Shown here: piece by piece, positions 19,536-29,964 of the stretch
How the letters are laid out: each line of letters begins with the position of its first letter
How positions within the stretch are numbered: the first letter of the stretch is position 1
Virus record (IMG/VR): IMGVR_UViG_3300044731_000789
Span: 12,203-76,202 of that record
DNA: 64,000 nucleotides
Reading direction: 5' to 3' (one strand)
DNA from: a virus
Program-made: the position numbers and the translations under genes
The notes under the pieces: model-generated
The model's database searches: none
What the model saw: only the letters and a program-made list of their open reading frames with translations
Told to the model about the DNA's origin: nothing

Positions 19536-20662
19536 TTCGGTATTCCTAGATCAGATAAGCCTCTGGCTAGAATATTTTTAGCAGCATTTAAGTCTCGGTC
19601 ATGGAAAGTATTGCAGGAACTGCAAGTCCATTCCCGAATATGTAAAGACATTGGTGTTTCATGTCTATGACCACAAACATTGCAGTCTCTGCTAGTATAA
19701 TTGGGGTTGACCTTCAAGAATGTTCTTCCGTACCATTTGGATTTATATTCCAATAACCGGAAGAAATCAGACCATGAAGCATCAGCTATAGATCGAGATA
19801 ATCTTTTGTTTTTCAAAAGATTCTTGATTTTTAAGTCTTCTACGATAATAACATCGTTGGATTTTACTATCTTATAAGATAATTTGTGTAGAAAGTCCGA
19901 ACGGGAGTTCGATACTTTCTGGTAGATCAGAGCAACTGCTTTACGTTTCTTTTCTCGTCTATTAGATTCTTTTTTGGAACGAGACAAAGCACGTTGGGAA
20001 CGTTTAAGTGCTTTTAGTTTTTTCTTTAGAAATCGTGGATTCTCAACAGAATTTCCGTTGGAATCATAAAGAAAGACTTTTAAACCAGCATCAATACCAA
20101 TAATATTATTGGTGGCTGGAAATAAATCTACTTGACATTCTACAGAAAACGATATATGATACTTACCAGTGGCATCCAATGAAACAGTTGCCATTTTGGG
20201 TATCCCAGGAAATTCATGGGATACTTTAATTTTAACAGCACCTAGTTTTGGTAGTTTAAGAACTCCGTCCTTAAGGACAATATCCTGCATACGCACGGAT
20301 TTCTTGTTATACTTAGATTTGAATGTTGGTAAACCGGCTTTATTGGAACCTTTTGGTTTCTTTAAATCCCTAAAGAAATTAGAATACGCACTATTTAGGT
20401 CTAATAGTGATTGCCGTAGGCAAGTGCTAGGAACGTCAGATAACCAGTTAAAGTCTTCTTGTTTCTTTAAGATCGTAAGATCAGCAGATAACTGGTTGTT
20501 TGTTAGAGTGATACCTTGTTCTTTATAGGTATCACGTTTTAGTTTAAGATAATGGTTATAGACAAACCTTGAGCAACCAAACATTTTGTTTAGTAGTATC
20601 TTTTGTTGTTGGTTAGGATAAAACCTAACCTTGAAAGATTTGTTTATAGTATTTTTGTTCAT
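19508..20662 (-). mobile_element. tnpB: IS200/IS605-family RNA-guided endonuclease TnpB, with no transposase alongside
   Basis: N-terminal HTH (FGC.RFVYN), RuvC motifs GIDAG, VEDL and DRDLNAA, CxxC..CxxC zinc finger. Confidence 0.95.
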
Positions 20663-20689
20663 TACAATTATTTATCAAAAAAGGAATGT

Positions 20690-21007
20690 ATGCCAATAGA
20701 ATATTGCAACCATGCTAATGATTTGATTGAGTGCCCAGGCGCTCACAACTACGCTTCGCTAAACACTACGCTGCGCGCTTCGCTGGGGGGTCGTCAGGCA
20801 TCCCTGCCTTCCTTCGATGAAATTAATAGATTAAAAAATAAAAATGCTGCTCTTGTCGATGCATTGCTAGAATTGATGACTTACCATCCACGAGAATATT
20901 GGGAAGGTGTTGGAGCGAACTTGTATAGAAAAACTGCTGGTTCTGCAATATCGAAAACACTGGATAAATGTGATGTGGCATTAAGCTATGGTGGTGAAGT
21001 AAAATGA
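20690..21007 (+). CDS. Hypothetical protein with a GC-rich in-frame insert
   Basis: AAGGA SD before the ATG at 20690. Confidence 0.5.
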   Translation: MPIEYCNHANDLIECPGAHNYASLNTTLRASLGGRQASLPSFDEINRLKNKNAALVDALLELMTYHPREYWEGVGANLYRKTAGSAISKTLDKCDVALSYGGEVK

Positions 21008-21189
21008 TGATTGATGAAGTGGAGATATGTGAATAATGAGATTTAAAGCTATTTGGATTGCAATTACTAGACCACAATATGTAATAACATGTGATCAAGG
21101 GATGACTTTATTAAAAGAAATTTGGAATTGGACAACATATAAAAACACACCTTGGTACAAAAATACTGAACAAGTATTGAAACAATATT

Positions 21190-21747
21190 ATGATAAGTAA
21201 TCCATTCCATGATCTACCACATGTGATAGATTTCTTTAAAACAGAACAAGAAGCACATAATGAACGAATACAAAGGATACATAACTTAGTAAATGATTTT
21301 GTATCATTAGGTTCAGCATATCGAGTTAGAAAACAATATACTGTCTCAGACATGCTGAGAAAAGTATTGGAAAGTAATGATATAAAAGTTATTCAATCAA
21401 AAAATGGTATGAAAGATTTGGTTGAATTTGGCATATTGTTTAGTAAATGTATAAACAATATTGGGACAATATATCAAACATCCGATGTATTAAATTATAT
21501 TAAATCCACAGATACATATATAACAACCATCAAAAAATACCATTATTCAATTATAACTGAATATATTTTATGTTATAGATATTTTTATAACATACAGCAA
21601 AAAGAAATCGCAGAAAATATTGAAACGGTTTTAGTAAATAATAATATTAAAATAATATATGGCACATGTATGTTTAATGGTTGGGATAATATTCCAAAAA
21701 TATATAGGGGTGATTTTGGACACGACACTTTTGAGGTAATAAAATGA
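21190..21747 (+). CDS. Hypothetical protein with a CysRS C-terminal-like segment
   Basis: R.RKQY..SD.LR..L....I.V.....G resembles the CysRS anticodon-binding tail. Confidence 0.4.
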   Translation: MISNPFHDLPHVIDFFKTEQEAHNERIQRIHNLVNDFVSLGSAYRVRKQYTVSDMLRKVLESNDIKVIQSKNGMKDLVEFGILFSKCINNIGTIYQTSDVLNYIKSTDTYITTIKKYHYSIITEYILCYRYFYNIQQKEIAENIETVLVNNNIKIIYGTCMFNGWDNIPKIYRGDFGHDTFEVIK

Positions 21748-22156
21748 AAACAATTACAAGAACAAGCGAAATTTATGTTGCCGATGACGGCAAAATTTTT
21801 GATGACAGCAATCTATGCTGGAATTATGATGTAACACTAAAAACCTATTGGTTTCGTTTAACGAAACCAGATTGGACAACAGATTTGTATAAAATTGTTG
21901 GAACAGAAAAATTTGTTGATAGTAATATTTCACAATTTTTACGAAAAAAATATGGCCCGATGTTCGGGGCAGAGAATGGGCAAATTGTGCAAAAATATAG
22001 TATAGATATGTTGCACCAACTTACTTTCCAGGCTATCCTGGACAATGACGAGTATATGGACTTTTATACGCTCCGCGTATCAGATTTGGGGCTAGGATTT
22101 GAACTAAATACCACATGTGAATTGTTCGATCAATCGAACCAGAATTTGGAGAATTT

Positions 22157-23263
22157 GTGAGCTTATTAGACAAGATTAAGAAAAATAGTACAATTAAAGA
22201 AGTAGAAATACTGGCAACCAGTAAGTATTTTACAAATAAGGATATGGTACAGATTCCTGTGCCAGCACTTAATATTGCATTAAGTGGTAGTTTAAGTGGT
22301 GGATTGACTCCAGGGTTAACACAGATAGTTGGAGAATCAAAACATTTTAAATCTACAATTATGCTTATTATGGCCAAAGCATACTTGGATAAGTATAAAG
22401 ATGCAGTGATTTTGTTTTATAATAACGAATTTGGCGCTGGTCCAGCAATGTTTGAATCATTAGGTATTGATACAAATAGAGTTGTACACGTACCATTTAT
22501 GGATTTGGAGCAATTTACACTAGATGTTATGTCCCAATTAGATGGGATAGAACGTGGAGACAAAGTAATTATAATTGTTGACTCATTGGGTCAAGCTGCT
22601 TCAAAAAAAGAGGCACAAGATGCTTTGGATGGAAAATCTAAAGAAGATATGAGTCGGCCAAAAAAAATGAAAGGAATGAGTAGAATGATTACTCCATACT
22701 TGAACCTTAAAGATGTTCCAATGCTTGCAGTTAATCATGTATATTCAACACAAGATTTGTTTTCAAAAAAGGTTGTTAGTGGTGGACAGGGGTTATATTT
22801 GGCTAGTGATAATATCATAATGATGGGAAGACAGCAAGAAAAAGAAGGAACAGATGTTGTTGGGTACAAATTTGTTATGAATATTGAGAAAGGTAGATAT
22901 ACAAAAGAAAAATCGAAAATCCCATTGACTGTATCATTTGATGGTGGAATTTCTACATGGTCTGGTTTGTTGGATATTGCACTGGAAAATGGTTTTGTTA
23001 CAAAACCATCAAATGGCTGGTATACCAGACCAAAATTTGATTTAGATGGTAAAAAATATAGGGAAAGGGATACGGATACAAAGGATTTTTGGTTGCCAGT
23101 ATTGATGGATAAAGCGTTTCAACAAGCAGTGGAGCAAAAATATAAACTATTTACTGGAGACAAAAAACTTTTGCATGATGATAATATGTATGAAACATAT
23201 GCAGATATGAATATTGAAATTGATTATGAAACTGGAGAAATCCTTGGAGAAACTGATGAGTAA
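22157..23263 (+). CDS. uvsX: RecA-like recombinase
   Basis: LNIALSG...G, GESKHFKS Walker A, VDSLG, VVSGGQG. Confidence 0.95.
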   Translation: MSLLDKIKKNSTIKEVEILATSKYFTNKDMVQIPVPALNIALSGSLSGGLTPGLTQIVGESKHFKSTIMLIMAKAYLDKYKDAVILFYNNEFGAGPAMFESLGIDTNRVVHVPFMDLEQFTLDVMSQLDGIERGDKVIIIVDSLGQAASKKEAQDALDGKSKEDMSRPKKMKGMSRMITPYLNLKDVPMLAVNHVYSTQDLFSKKVVSGGQGLYLASDNIIMMGRQQEKEGTDVVGYKFVMNIEKGRYTKEKSKIPLTVSFDGGISTWSGLLDIALENGFVTKPSNGWYTRPKFDLDGKKYRERDTDTKDFWLPVLMDKAFQQAVEQKYKLFTGDKKLLHDDNMYETYADMNIEIDYETGEILGETDE

Positions 23264-23528
23264 CCAATATGAATACAAAGTTGCCGGATTAGATGAAACC
23301 GGCAAAATTATTGTATTAGTAGATGATACAAAATATGGTGGATATTCTTTGTTAATTGATGTTGGCCAAATGGGGCCAGATGGTAAAATTGAAATTGATT
23401 ATGATTTTGTTAGTGATAATGTTGTGCCAATTTCTTTACAAGAAAAGGTTGTAGAGGAAGTAGTACAAAACATTTTTGCCGAAATTCAAAAAGAAATTGA
23501 CAATGAGAAACGAAGAATTAATTCTTAA
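23256..23528 (+). CDS. Hypothetical protein at the gp40 position
   Basis: Small acidic ORF between uvsX and gp41. Confidence 0.45.
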   Translation: MSNQYEYKVAGLDETGKIIVLVDDTKYGGYSLLIDVGQMGPDGKIEIDYDFVSDNVVPISLQEKVVEEVVQNIFAEIQKEIDNEKRRINS

Positions 23529-24867
23529 AAATTTATTATATAATGAAGAGTATCTCAGAAAAGTTATTCCATTCCTTCAACCAGAATATTTTGTAGAAAA
23601 ATCTGATAAAATTGTTTTCAATATCATAAATGAACATTTTGAAAAATATAATGCTGTACCAACTATTGCAGCATTATCTATCATTTTAAACAATGAAAAG
23701 GGTATTGCTGAATATGATCACAAAGATTGCACCAAATTGGTGCAAGAATTGGGGAACGGATATGAACCCCAGAATATAGATTGGTTACTAACTTTTTCCG
23801 AGAAGTTTTGTAAAGATAAGGCAGTATTTAATGCCATCATGGCATCCATTAATATTATTGATGGAAACGATAAACAATTTTCACAAGATCATATTCCAGA
23901 GTTATTGAACAAAGCTTTGGCAATATCTTTTGACCAAGATATTGGACATGATTATTATGAAAATGCTGAAGATAGGTATGATTTTTATCATACCTTGGAA
24001 GAAAAAGTTCCGTTTGATTTAGATATATTTAATAAGATTACCAAAGGTGGATTACCTGGAAAAAGTTTATCTGTAATTTTGGCAAGCACTGGGGCAGGTA
24101 AATCTCTGTTTATGTGTCATTTGGCATCATATCATTCAAAGATTGGAAAAAATGTGTTATACATTTCTTTGGAAATGGCTGAGGAAAGGATTGGTGAAAG
24201 ACTAGATTGTAATATATTGGATATAACTTTTGATGAATTGGACAGAATGGATAAAGAAACGTTTTTAACCAAAATAAATAAAGCAAAAAAGAGAAGTCCT
24301 GGTAGGTTAGTATTAAAAGAGTATCCAACAAGTTCGGCAAGTGCTGCACATTTCAGAGCATTACTCGAAGAGCTAAAAGTTAAGAAAAATTTTAAACCGG
24401 ATATAATATTCATAGATTATTTGGGAATTTGTGCAAGTGCCCGGTACAAAAATTCTGGTAATGTTAATAGTTACAACTATTCAAAATCTGTTGCAGAAGA
24501 GCTACGTGGGCTAGGTATGGCATACAATGTACCAGTGGTAACAGCGGTGCAAGTAAATCGATCTGGTACAAATAATAGCGATCCAGAATGGGAAAATGTT
24601 GCGGAATCCCATGGTATTGCTATGACTGCAGATTTATTCTTTGCATTGTATGCTAGTGAGGAAATGCAACAACTGAACCAAATCATGGTAAAATTGATGA
24701 AAAATAGATGGAATTCATTGGATTTTTACAGAAGATTTTTAATAGGGGTTGACAAATCAAAAATGAAACTGTATAATCTTGAACAACCAAATGGGAACAT
24801 AAGTATGCCAGATTCTAAAACAGAAATGGCATCAAAACCTTCCCTATCATTCGACAATTGGAGTTAA
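23503..24867 (+). CDS. gp41: Replicative DnaB-like helicase
   Basis: ASTGAGKS, SLEMAEE, IDYL, QVNRSG, ESHG and KNR motifs. Confidence 0.96.
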   Translation: MRNEELILKNLLYNEEYLRKVIPFLQPEYFVEKSDKIVFNIINEHFEKYNAVPTIAALSIILNNEKGIAEYDHKDCTKLVQELGNGYEPQNIDWLLTFSEKFCKDKAVFNAIMASINIIDGNDKQFSQDHIPELLNKALAISFDQDIGHDYYENAEDRYDFYHTLEEKVPFDLDIFNKITKGGLPGKSLSVILASTGAGKSLFMCHLASYHSKIGKNVLYISLEMAEERIGERLDCNILDITFDELDRMDKETFLTKINKAKKRSPGRLVLKEYPTSSASAAHFRALLEELKVKKNFKPDIIFIDYLGICASARYKNSGNVNSYNYSKSVAEELRGLGMAYNVPVVTAVQVNRSGTNNSDPEWENVAESHGIAMTADLFFALYASEEMQQLNQIMVKLMKNRWNSLDFYRRFLIGVDKSKMKLYNLEQPNGNISMPDSKTEMASKPSLSFDNWS

Positions 24868-25280
24868 TTATGAAAATAGCACCTGTGCAAAATATTGATA
24901 AAAAATTTGAACCATTCATTTTGCCAATATTGGTTGAATCTGTAGACGATGCAGCAAAGTTACATGCATTGTTTAATCAGTGTTCTATTCTTTCATATTT
25001 AGGAATACCAACTGGTGACTCTTTTAGAGATTTTATCACACAAAATTCTTCCGTGCCACATAATAAATGTGTAGAAGAATTCAACAGAATTTATAAATTG
25101 TTCAATGGAAGATAATATAGGAATTGATGACAAATTTTCAATCAGATTGATACCAGAATCAGATTGGAATAGAGATAGATGTGGCACATGTTTTGCCTTT
25201 ATTGGCAATCAATGTGCCAAGTCTGGTATCAATGTTGATGAATATTCACAAATTTGTGAGTATTACGACCCGGAGAATGG

Positions 25281-25526
25281 ATGAATATAGAATCATTGTT
25301 AAAAAATCCTTCAGAATTTTCAATGTATATTGAAAGAGAAGCAAAAAAATCTAATACAACATTGTTTGATATGTTGCTTAGTTCATGTGAAAAATATAAT
25401 ATTGAAATAGATTCTGTTAAAAAATTGATATCAAAATCATTGGAAGAAAAGATGTACCAAGAAGCATTAACAATGAATTTGTTAACAGAGAAAAAAGTTG
25501 TTTCCCCATTAATGAAATTTTTATAG
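25281..25526 (+). CDS. gp33: Late-promoter co-activator
   Basis: FS..IE.........D......EK..IE...V.KLISKSL.EK...EA...NLL. Confidence 0.8.
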   Translation: MNIESLLKNPSEFSMYIEREAKKSNTTLFDMLLSSCEKYNIEIDSVKKLISKSLEEKMYQEALTMNLLTEKKVVSPLMKFL

Positions 25527-25956
25527 GATCAAGAATGTACCAACAAGAATATCCCGTTTTTAAAGATGAAGACCAATTTTTTTACAGTGATGGAATTGTG
25601 GCAGATAATGGTATTCATTGTGAAATTCATTTAGATAATGGTGGTACGAAATGGGCTAATGTTATGCCGATGGATTTGTGTACTATTGCTTGTTCAAGAG
25701 TTGGTTACATTTTGGCGGAATAATGGTATATTATATTAATCCAAGAATTGTTGAATTAAAACGTTTAATCGAAAAACATACCAAAATGATTGAAAGAATT
25801 CAGTCAAAATGCGATCATAATAATTATCCAAAAAGATATAAACATGTATATCCAGAATATGTTACGGTAACATATGGTGCAAATTTGGATCAATATTGGA
25901 TAAATTGCCATTGTGCAAAATGTGACGCAAAATTTACAGTTTTTATGTGAGAAAAT

Positions 25957-26235
25957 ATGCTATCAAAACCTAGAATAGTGTGTGCAGCAAATTTGTACCA
26001 AGATGGAACCATTATTGTTGGAGCAAGACATTTTGATTCCATTATGAGGAAAACCATTGAGGCAATTAATGCAGATTGGAACCATTGGCGACATATGACC
26101 CATGAGCAAGGTTTCATTGACCAACATGGTAAATTTTATTCAAGAGAGGATGCATGGGATATTGCCAAAGAAAATGGACAAATTTTTAGAGATTGTGATG
26201 TAGATGGTACACTATTTTCGGAGAATCTGTACTAA
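25957..26235 (+). CDS. Conserved phage hypothetical protein
   Basis: IVCAA...GARH...EQGFIDQ.G.F..RE.AW.IA...LFSE.LY. Confidence 0.6.
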   Translation: MLSKPRIVCAANLYQDGTIIVGARHFDSIMRKTIEAINADWNHWRHMTHEQGFIDQHGKFYSREDAWDIAKENGQIFRDCDVDGTLFSENLY

Positions 26236-26595
26236 TGATTAAAAAACAATTTTTGCAACATGGTATGTATTATTCCGGTATTTGCCGGAACGCAAATGTT
26301 GCCGATGAATTTGTACCACTGGATAATATATTATGAAAATAAATGAACACTTGGCAGAATCTGCCCGACATTTGGAACTAGCTATTGCAAAAATGGGAAA
26401 ATTGCGTGACCCTAAAGGTGGCCGGTATCCGGCAAGGTTTATTCCAAATAGGACATTTATATGGGTAGGAAAAATTGGAGATTATAAAAATCTTGTAAAA
26501 TGTTTATTAAAATTGAGAGATGCATCAAAGAAAATTGAGCACTTAGATATTTGAACAACAATAAATAATACTATCAAATTCCTTGGGATAGTATT

Positions 26596-26988
26596 ATGAA
26601 AACATTCAAACAATTATTGACAGAAGGTAGAGGCGACAATCATTTGGCAACAGAATTGTTTCATAAATGTCGCCAAGCTGCTACCTTTTCTCATTATCAA
26701 CACTTGATGACAGAAAGTTATGCCCAACATATGGCATTGGGCGCATTCTATGATGGAATTATCCCGCTTTTAGACAGTTTCCTGGAAACATATATTGGTT
26801 TATTTGGTAAACTAGAAACTATACAAGAAAATATTCAAGTACCTTTTAAAGTATCTGTATACGAGTTGAAAGAATGGATTGAAACCAATCGTCAACAAAT
26901 TTCTGATTCTACAACCCTTCAAAATATATTGGATACAATAGTTGAATTGTGTTCATCTACTATATACAAATTGGAAAATTTGAAATAA
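26596..26988 (+). CDS. Ferritin-like late protein with a capsid-targeting-like N-terminus
   Basis: MKTFKQLLTE resembles the T4 internal-protein leader; H..H..T.SYA.H.ALG..YD.......D...E.Y.G; ATAAATA upstream. Confidence 0.6.
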   Translation: MKTFKQLLTEGRGDNHLATELFHKCRQAATFSHYQHLMTESYAQHMALGAFYDGIIPLLDSFLETYIGLFGKLETIQENIQVPFKVSVYELKEWIETNRQQISDSTTLQNILDTIVELCSSTIYKLENLK

Positions 26989-27488
26989 TGGTTAAGTCTC
27001 TAGTAGATATTCAAATTGGTCAAGTATTGGATAAAATTGAATCCAATTTGGATGCATTTATTTCGCAATTGAATATTACATCTTTGGAAGATTTGTTACA
27101 TATATATGATGATTCAGAACTTTGTATAATGGATTCTGATGGAAATTATGTACAAGATATTCCAATGAATGAAGAAGTGGATAGAATGGAAAGAATTATG
27201 CGATCAATTAGGATGAAATCCCATAGTTATGATATCCATTTGCATAGAAAATTGGCAGTAAAGTTTCCAAGTTCTATACAAAAAATATCTCACAGAGCAA
27301 GGGCAGCAACTTTGTATTATGTGAAACATCATATTGACAAGAATTATAATAAATTGGCACCAATGGAACGTGCCCAAATTGATAGAATTGTTAAAGGTAG
27401 GAAGGGATTGGTGTCATCTATGACAACAAAAATGTACAACCATATTAGAGATATCGAACACACGCGATTGGCGCATCACAAACCATGA
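26988..27488 (+). CDS. Putative head/internal protein
   Basis: Late operon position; acidic N-terminal half and basic C-terminal half. Confidence 0.4.
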   Translation: MVKSLVDIQIGQVLDKIESNLDAFISQLNITSLEDLLHIYDDSELCIMDSDGNYVQDIPMNEEVDRMERIMRSIRMKSHSYDIHLHRKLAVKFPSSIQKISHRARAATLYYVKHHIDKNYNKLAPMERAQIDRIVKGRKGLVSSMTTKMYNHIRDIEHTRLAHHKP

Positions 27489-27637
27489 TTACAGAAGAAC
27501 TAACACCAGAACAGCAAGCAAAGGCAGAAGAGATTGTACAAGCCTTGAAATCGCACCAAGAAGAATTTAAAAAGAGATATGGGCCACGGTGGCGTGAAAT
27601 TTTGTACGCATTGGCAAACAAACAATCTAAAAAATAA
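27485..27637 (+). CDS. Small putative internal head protein (50 aa)
   Basis: EEIVQALK....FKKRYG..W....YA.A.K. Confidence 0.5.
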   Translation: MITEELTPEQQAKAEEIVQALKSHQEEFKKRYGPRWREILYALANKQSKK

Positions 27638-27638
27638 C

Positions 27639-28529
27639 TCAATCTAATCTTTTGCATTTCCATTTTTCATGGTGCAGTGATCTACCACATGCAACATTAC
27701 TCATACTACGCTGTGACAACCCATTTCCTTTACAAAACTGAGTTAAGTTTTTAATCACAAAAACCTCCCCATCAGGGGCTGTAATTTCCCAGGTTTTTGC
27801 TTTTGAATTAGCTATTTTATTGCGTATTTCTTTTGATAGGTTTTTACCAAAATTATGATTGAGATCACCCATTTTGGATTCTGACATTTTTCGTTTCGCT
27901 TCATCTGTATGCTTAACGCCATACATAGAGGATAATTCCCCACATTTTCCATACATTGGATTATTTTCCCCCGTATTAAGTTGACTTAATAATTGTTTTG
28001 TTTGGTCACTATGCTTGAATGTAGTCATGAAAATTTTTATTTTTTCTACATGTTCATCGGATAATTTCCTACCGTAATTGGGTGATAATTCCCCACGTTT
28101 TCCATACATTGGATTATTTTCCCCTATTCTTGATAGACTATATGATTTTCTCCGATCTTCCGAAAATAATGATTTCAATCGATCCTTTTCTTCATCGGTG
28201 TAAACCTTTCCGATCATGTTAAATTGTTTTATAGAATTTTTGTGGTAAGACTTATTAAGTTTTAACGCATTGTCCCAATTTTCAAATATCAATTCTTGTT
28301 CAAAATTGTAACACTCGATTGGGTCAACAAACATTGCAACAATATGCCAATCAAATTCATCAAAAATTGGTTTTACAATTTTGGAACTTGTTCTGTATTT
28401 AATCAAATCTTGTTCTGGGGGAAGTTTTATAGATTTTGCGGTTCTGGAACCAATATAAAATTGTCCAGTTTCACGATGGATGCCCATATAGACATATGGC
28501 AATACTTTGGTTGACCGATAAATAGTCAT
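27639..28529 (-). mobile_element. Free-standing GIY-YIG homing endonuclease with NUMOD3-like repeats (copy A)
   Basis: PYVY...FYIGSR; GENNPMYGK repeated; GGAGA SD before MTIY. Confidence 0.88.
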
Positions 28530-28584
28530 GCTGATTCTCCTTGGAAGAGTTAGAGCTTGTGGATGGTGGGACATCGTGACAAGC
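28530..28584 (+). ncRNA. Two-hairpin RNA antisense to the endonuclease leader (copy A)
   Basis: CTGATTC/GAGTTAG and GCTTGT-G-GATG..CATC-GTG-ACAAGC; same architecture at 52071-52126. Confidence 0.6.
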
Positions 28585-28611
28585 ATCAATTTAAACATTT
28601 ATTACAAGTAT

Positions 28612-28626
28612 TATTTATATAAATAA
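28612..28626. promoter_or_regulatory. Back-to-back late promoters TATTTATATAAATA
   Basis: TATAAATA on both strands between divergent genes. Confidence 0.7.
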
Positions 28627-28656
28627 TATAAACAGAATTTTAATTAGGGGAAAATT

Positions 28657-29454
28657 ATGAGTTTATGGTCAAAGGATTCAGCGAATCCTATTCCAAAATA
28701 TTTGTCAAAAAGTGATTTGGCAACATATCGCGCCCAGGATTGTTACATTGGGGCAGCAGGCTATTATTATGTGCCAGAAAAATTTAACAAAATTGGCGCA
28801 GGTACTATTACCACATCAACTAGTTCTACCGCAGTTACCGGAACTGGTTCAAAATTTTTGAGTGAAGCAAAAGTTGGGCAATGGTTAGTCAGCACACCTG
28901 ACAATAGTGCCACTGGCAGTTGGGATGCTAAATCCATTGTTGGGAAGATTGTTGCCATTGCGTCTGATACTGGTTTAACATTAGATAAAAATGCTCCAGC
29001 AACTGGCACTGGAAAATATAGTATTATACAAAAAGTTCAACCAGAATTGTTGGTTGCATTGAATCCATCATCCACAAGCCAAATTCCTGACAGACTTGGT
29101 GCAACAGAAATTGTGTCATTGGAATGGAAAGATAAGAAAACATTGGTTGCGGGTGCAACATCTACTATTATTGTACACTTCTCTGAGCCAGTTAAGGTTA
29201 CAGGTGCGCCAACATTGGGATTAAGTGGTGCAGTAACTGCAACATATTCATCCATGGATGCAACTGGCACTAAAGCAGCGTTTACATTTACTGCTCCGGT
29301 TGCCGGAACAAGTGTTACAATTTCTAACCAAAATTTGGGCGGCACTGGCAACATTGTTGATTTGTTGGGGGCATCTCCTGCAACAACTGCGGTGACATCT
29401 GTTGCAATTTCTGCAGCAGTTGCTGGAAAATTGCGATCTATTGTGTCTGCATAA
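28657..29454 (+). CDS. Virion structural protein with Ig-like/beta domains
   Basis: MSLW start; VTGTGSKF and FSEPV.VTG.PTL motifs; late promoter upstream. Confidence 0.65.
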   Translation: MSLWSKDSANPIPKYLSKSDLATYRAQDCYIGAAGYYYVPEKFNKIGAGTITTSTSSTAVTGTGSKFLSEAKVGQWLVSTPDNSATGSWDAKSIVGKIVAIASDTGLTLDKNAPATGTGKYSIIQKVQPELLVALNPSSTSQIPDRLGATEIVSLEWKDKKTLVAGATSTIIVHFSEPVKVTGAPTLGLSGAVTATYSSMDATGTKAAFTFTAPVAGTSVTISNQNLGGTGNIVDLLGASPATTAVTSVAISAAVAGKLRSIVSA

Positions 29455-29532
29455 TAATATATAATATTGTAAATAAATAATGGGAACATATGTAAAAGTA
29501 TGTTCCCATTTTTTATTGGAGTAAACAAACTC

Positions 29533-29964
29533 ATGACAGATTTAAAAATTTCTCAGCAACCATTGGCAACTACTGTTGAACTAACTGATAACTTTGTTGT
29601 TGCCAGAAATGGAACAAATGTTAGAATACCGGCATCAACCTTGTATACAAAGGCTCCCACATATATTGCCACAAATCAGGTAACAGAACAGGTTACAGCA
29701 AGTGGAGCACTAGATATATCAAAATCTTTGTCCGAAGTTGTCACCACAAATAGTCAAATTAATTTGACATTATCTGGTGGAACCCATGGACAAGAGAAAG
29801 TTATCCTATTTAGAAACAAAGGTACTGCAGATGTGGTTATTACACCAAATTTGTTAATAGGTGGCACAACTATCACATTGAATGCAACTGGACAAACCGT
29901 GACATTAAGATTTGTCACAAATGCATGGGCAATTGTCGCAATTTATGGCGGAATTGTTGCATAA
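29533..29964 (+). CDS. Virion structural protein
   Basis: MTDLKISQ.P; LTL..G..GQ.K.I; Thr-rich beta composition. Confidence 0.55.
   Translation: MTDLKISQQPLATTVELTDNFVVARNGTNVRIPASTLYTKAPTYIATNQVTEQVTASGALDISKSLSEVVTTNSQINLTLSGGTHGQEKVILFRNKGTADVVITPNLLIGGTTITLNATGQTVTLRFVTNAWAIVAIYGGIVA

Noticed and set aside
20672-20678. TTGAT (ISDra2-like target motif) just upstream of tnpB as the insertion site
   Set aside because: Joining it to 19369 does not rebuild the phosphoesterase reading frame; probably chance in AT-rich DNA
27931-28125. Direct repeat of about 42 bp
   Set aside because: Explained by duplicated GENNPMYGK DNA-binding repeats within the endonuclease
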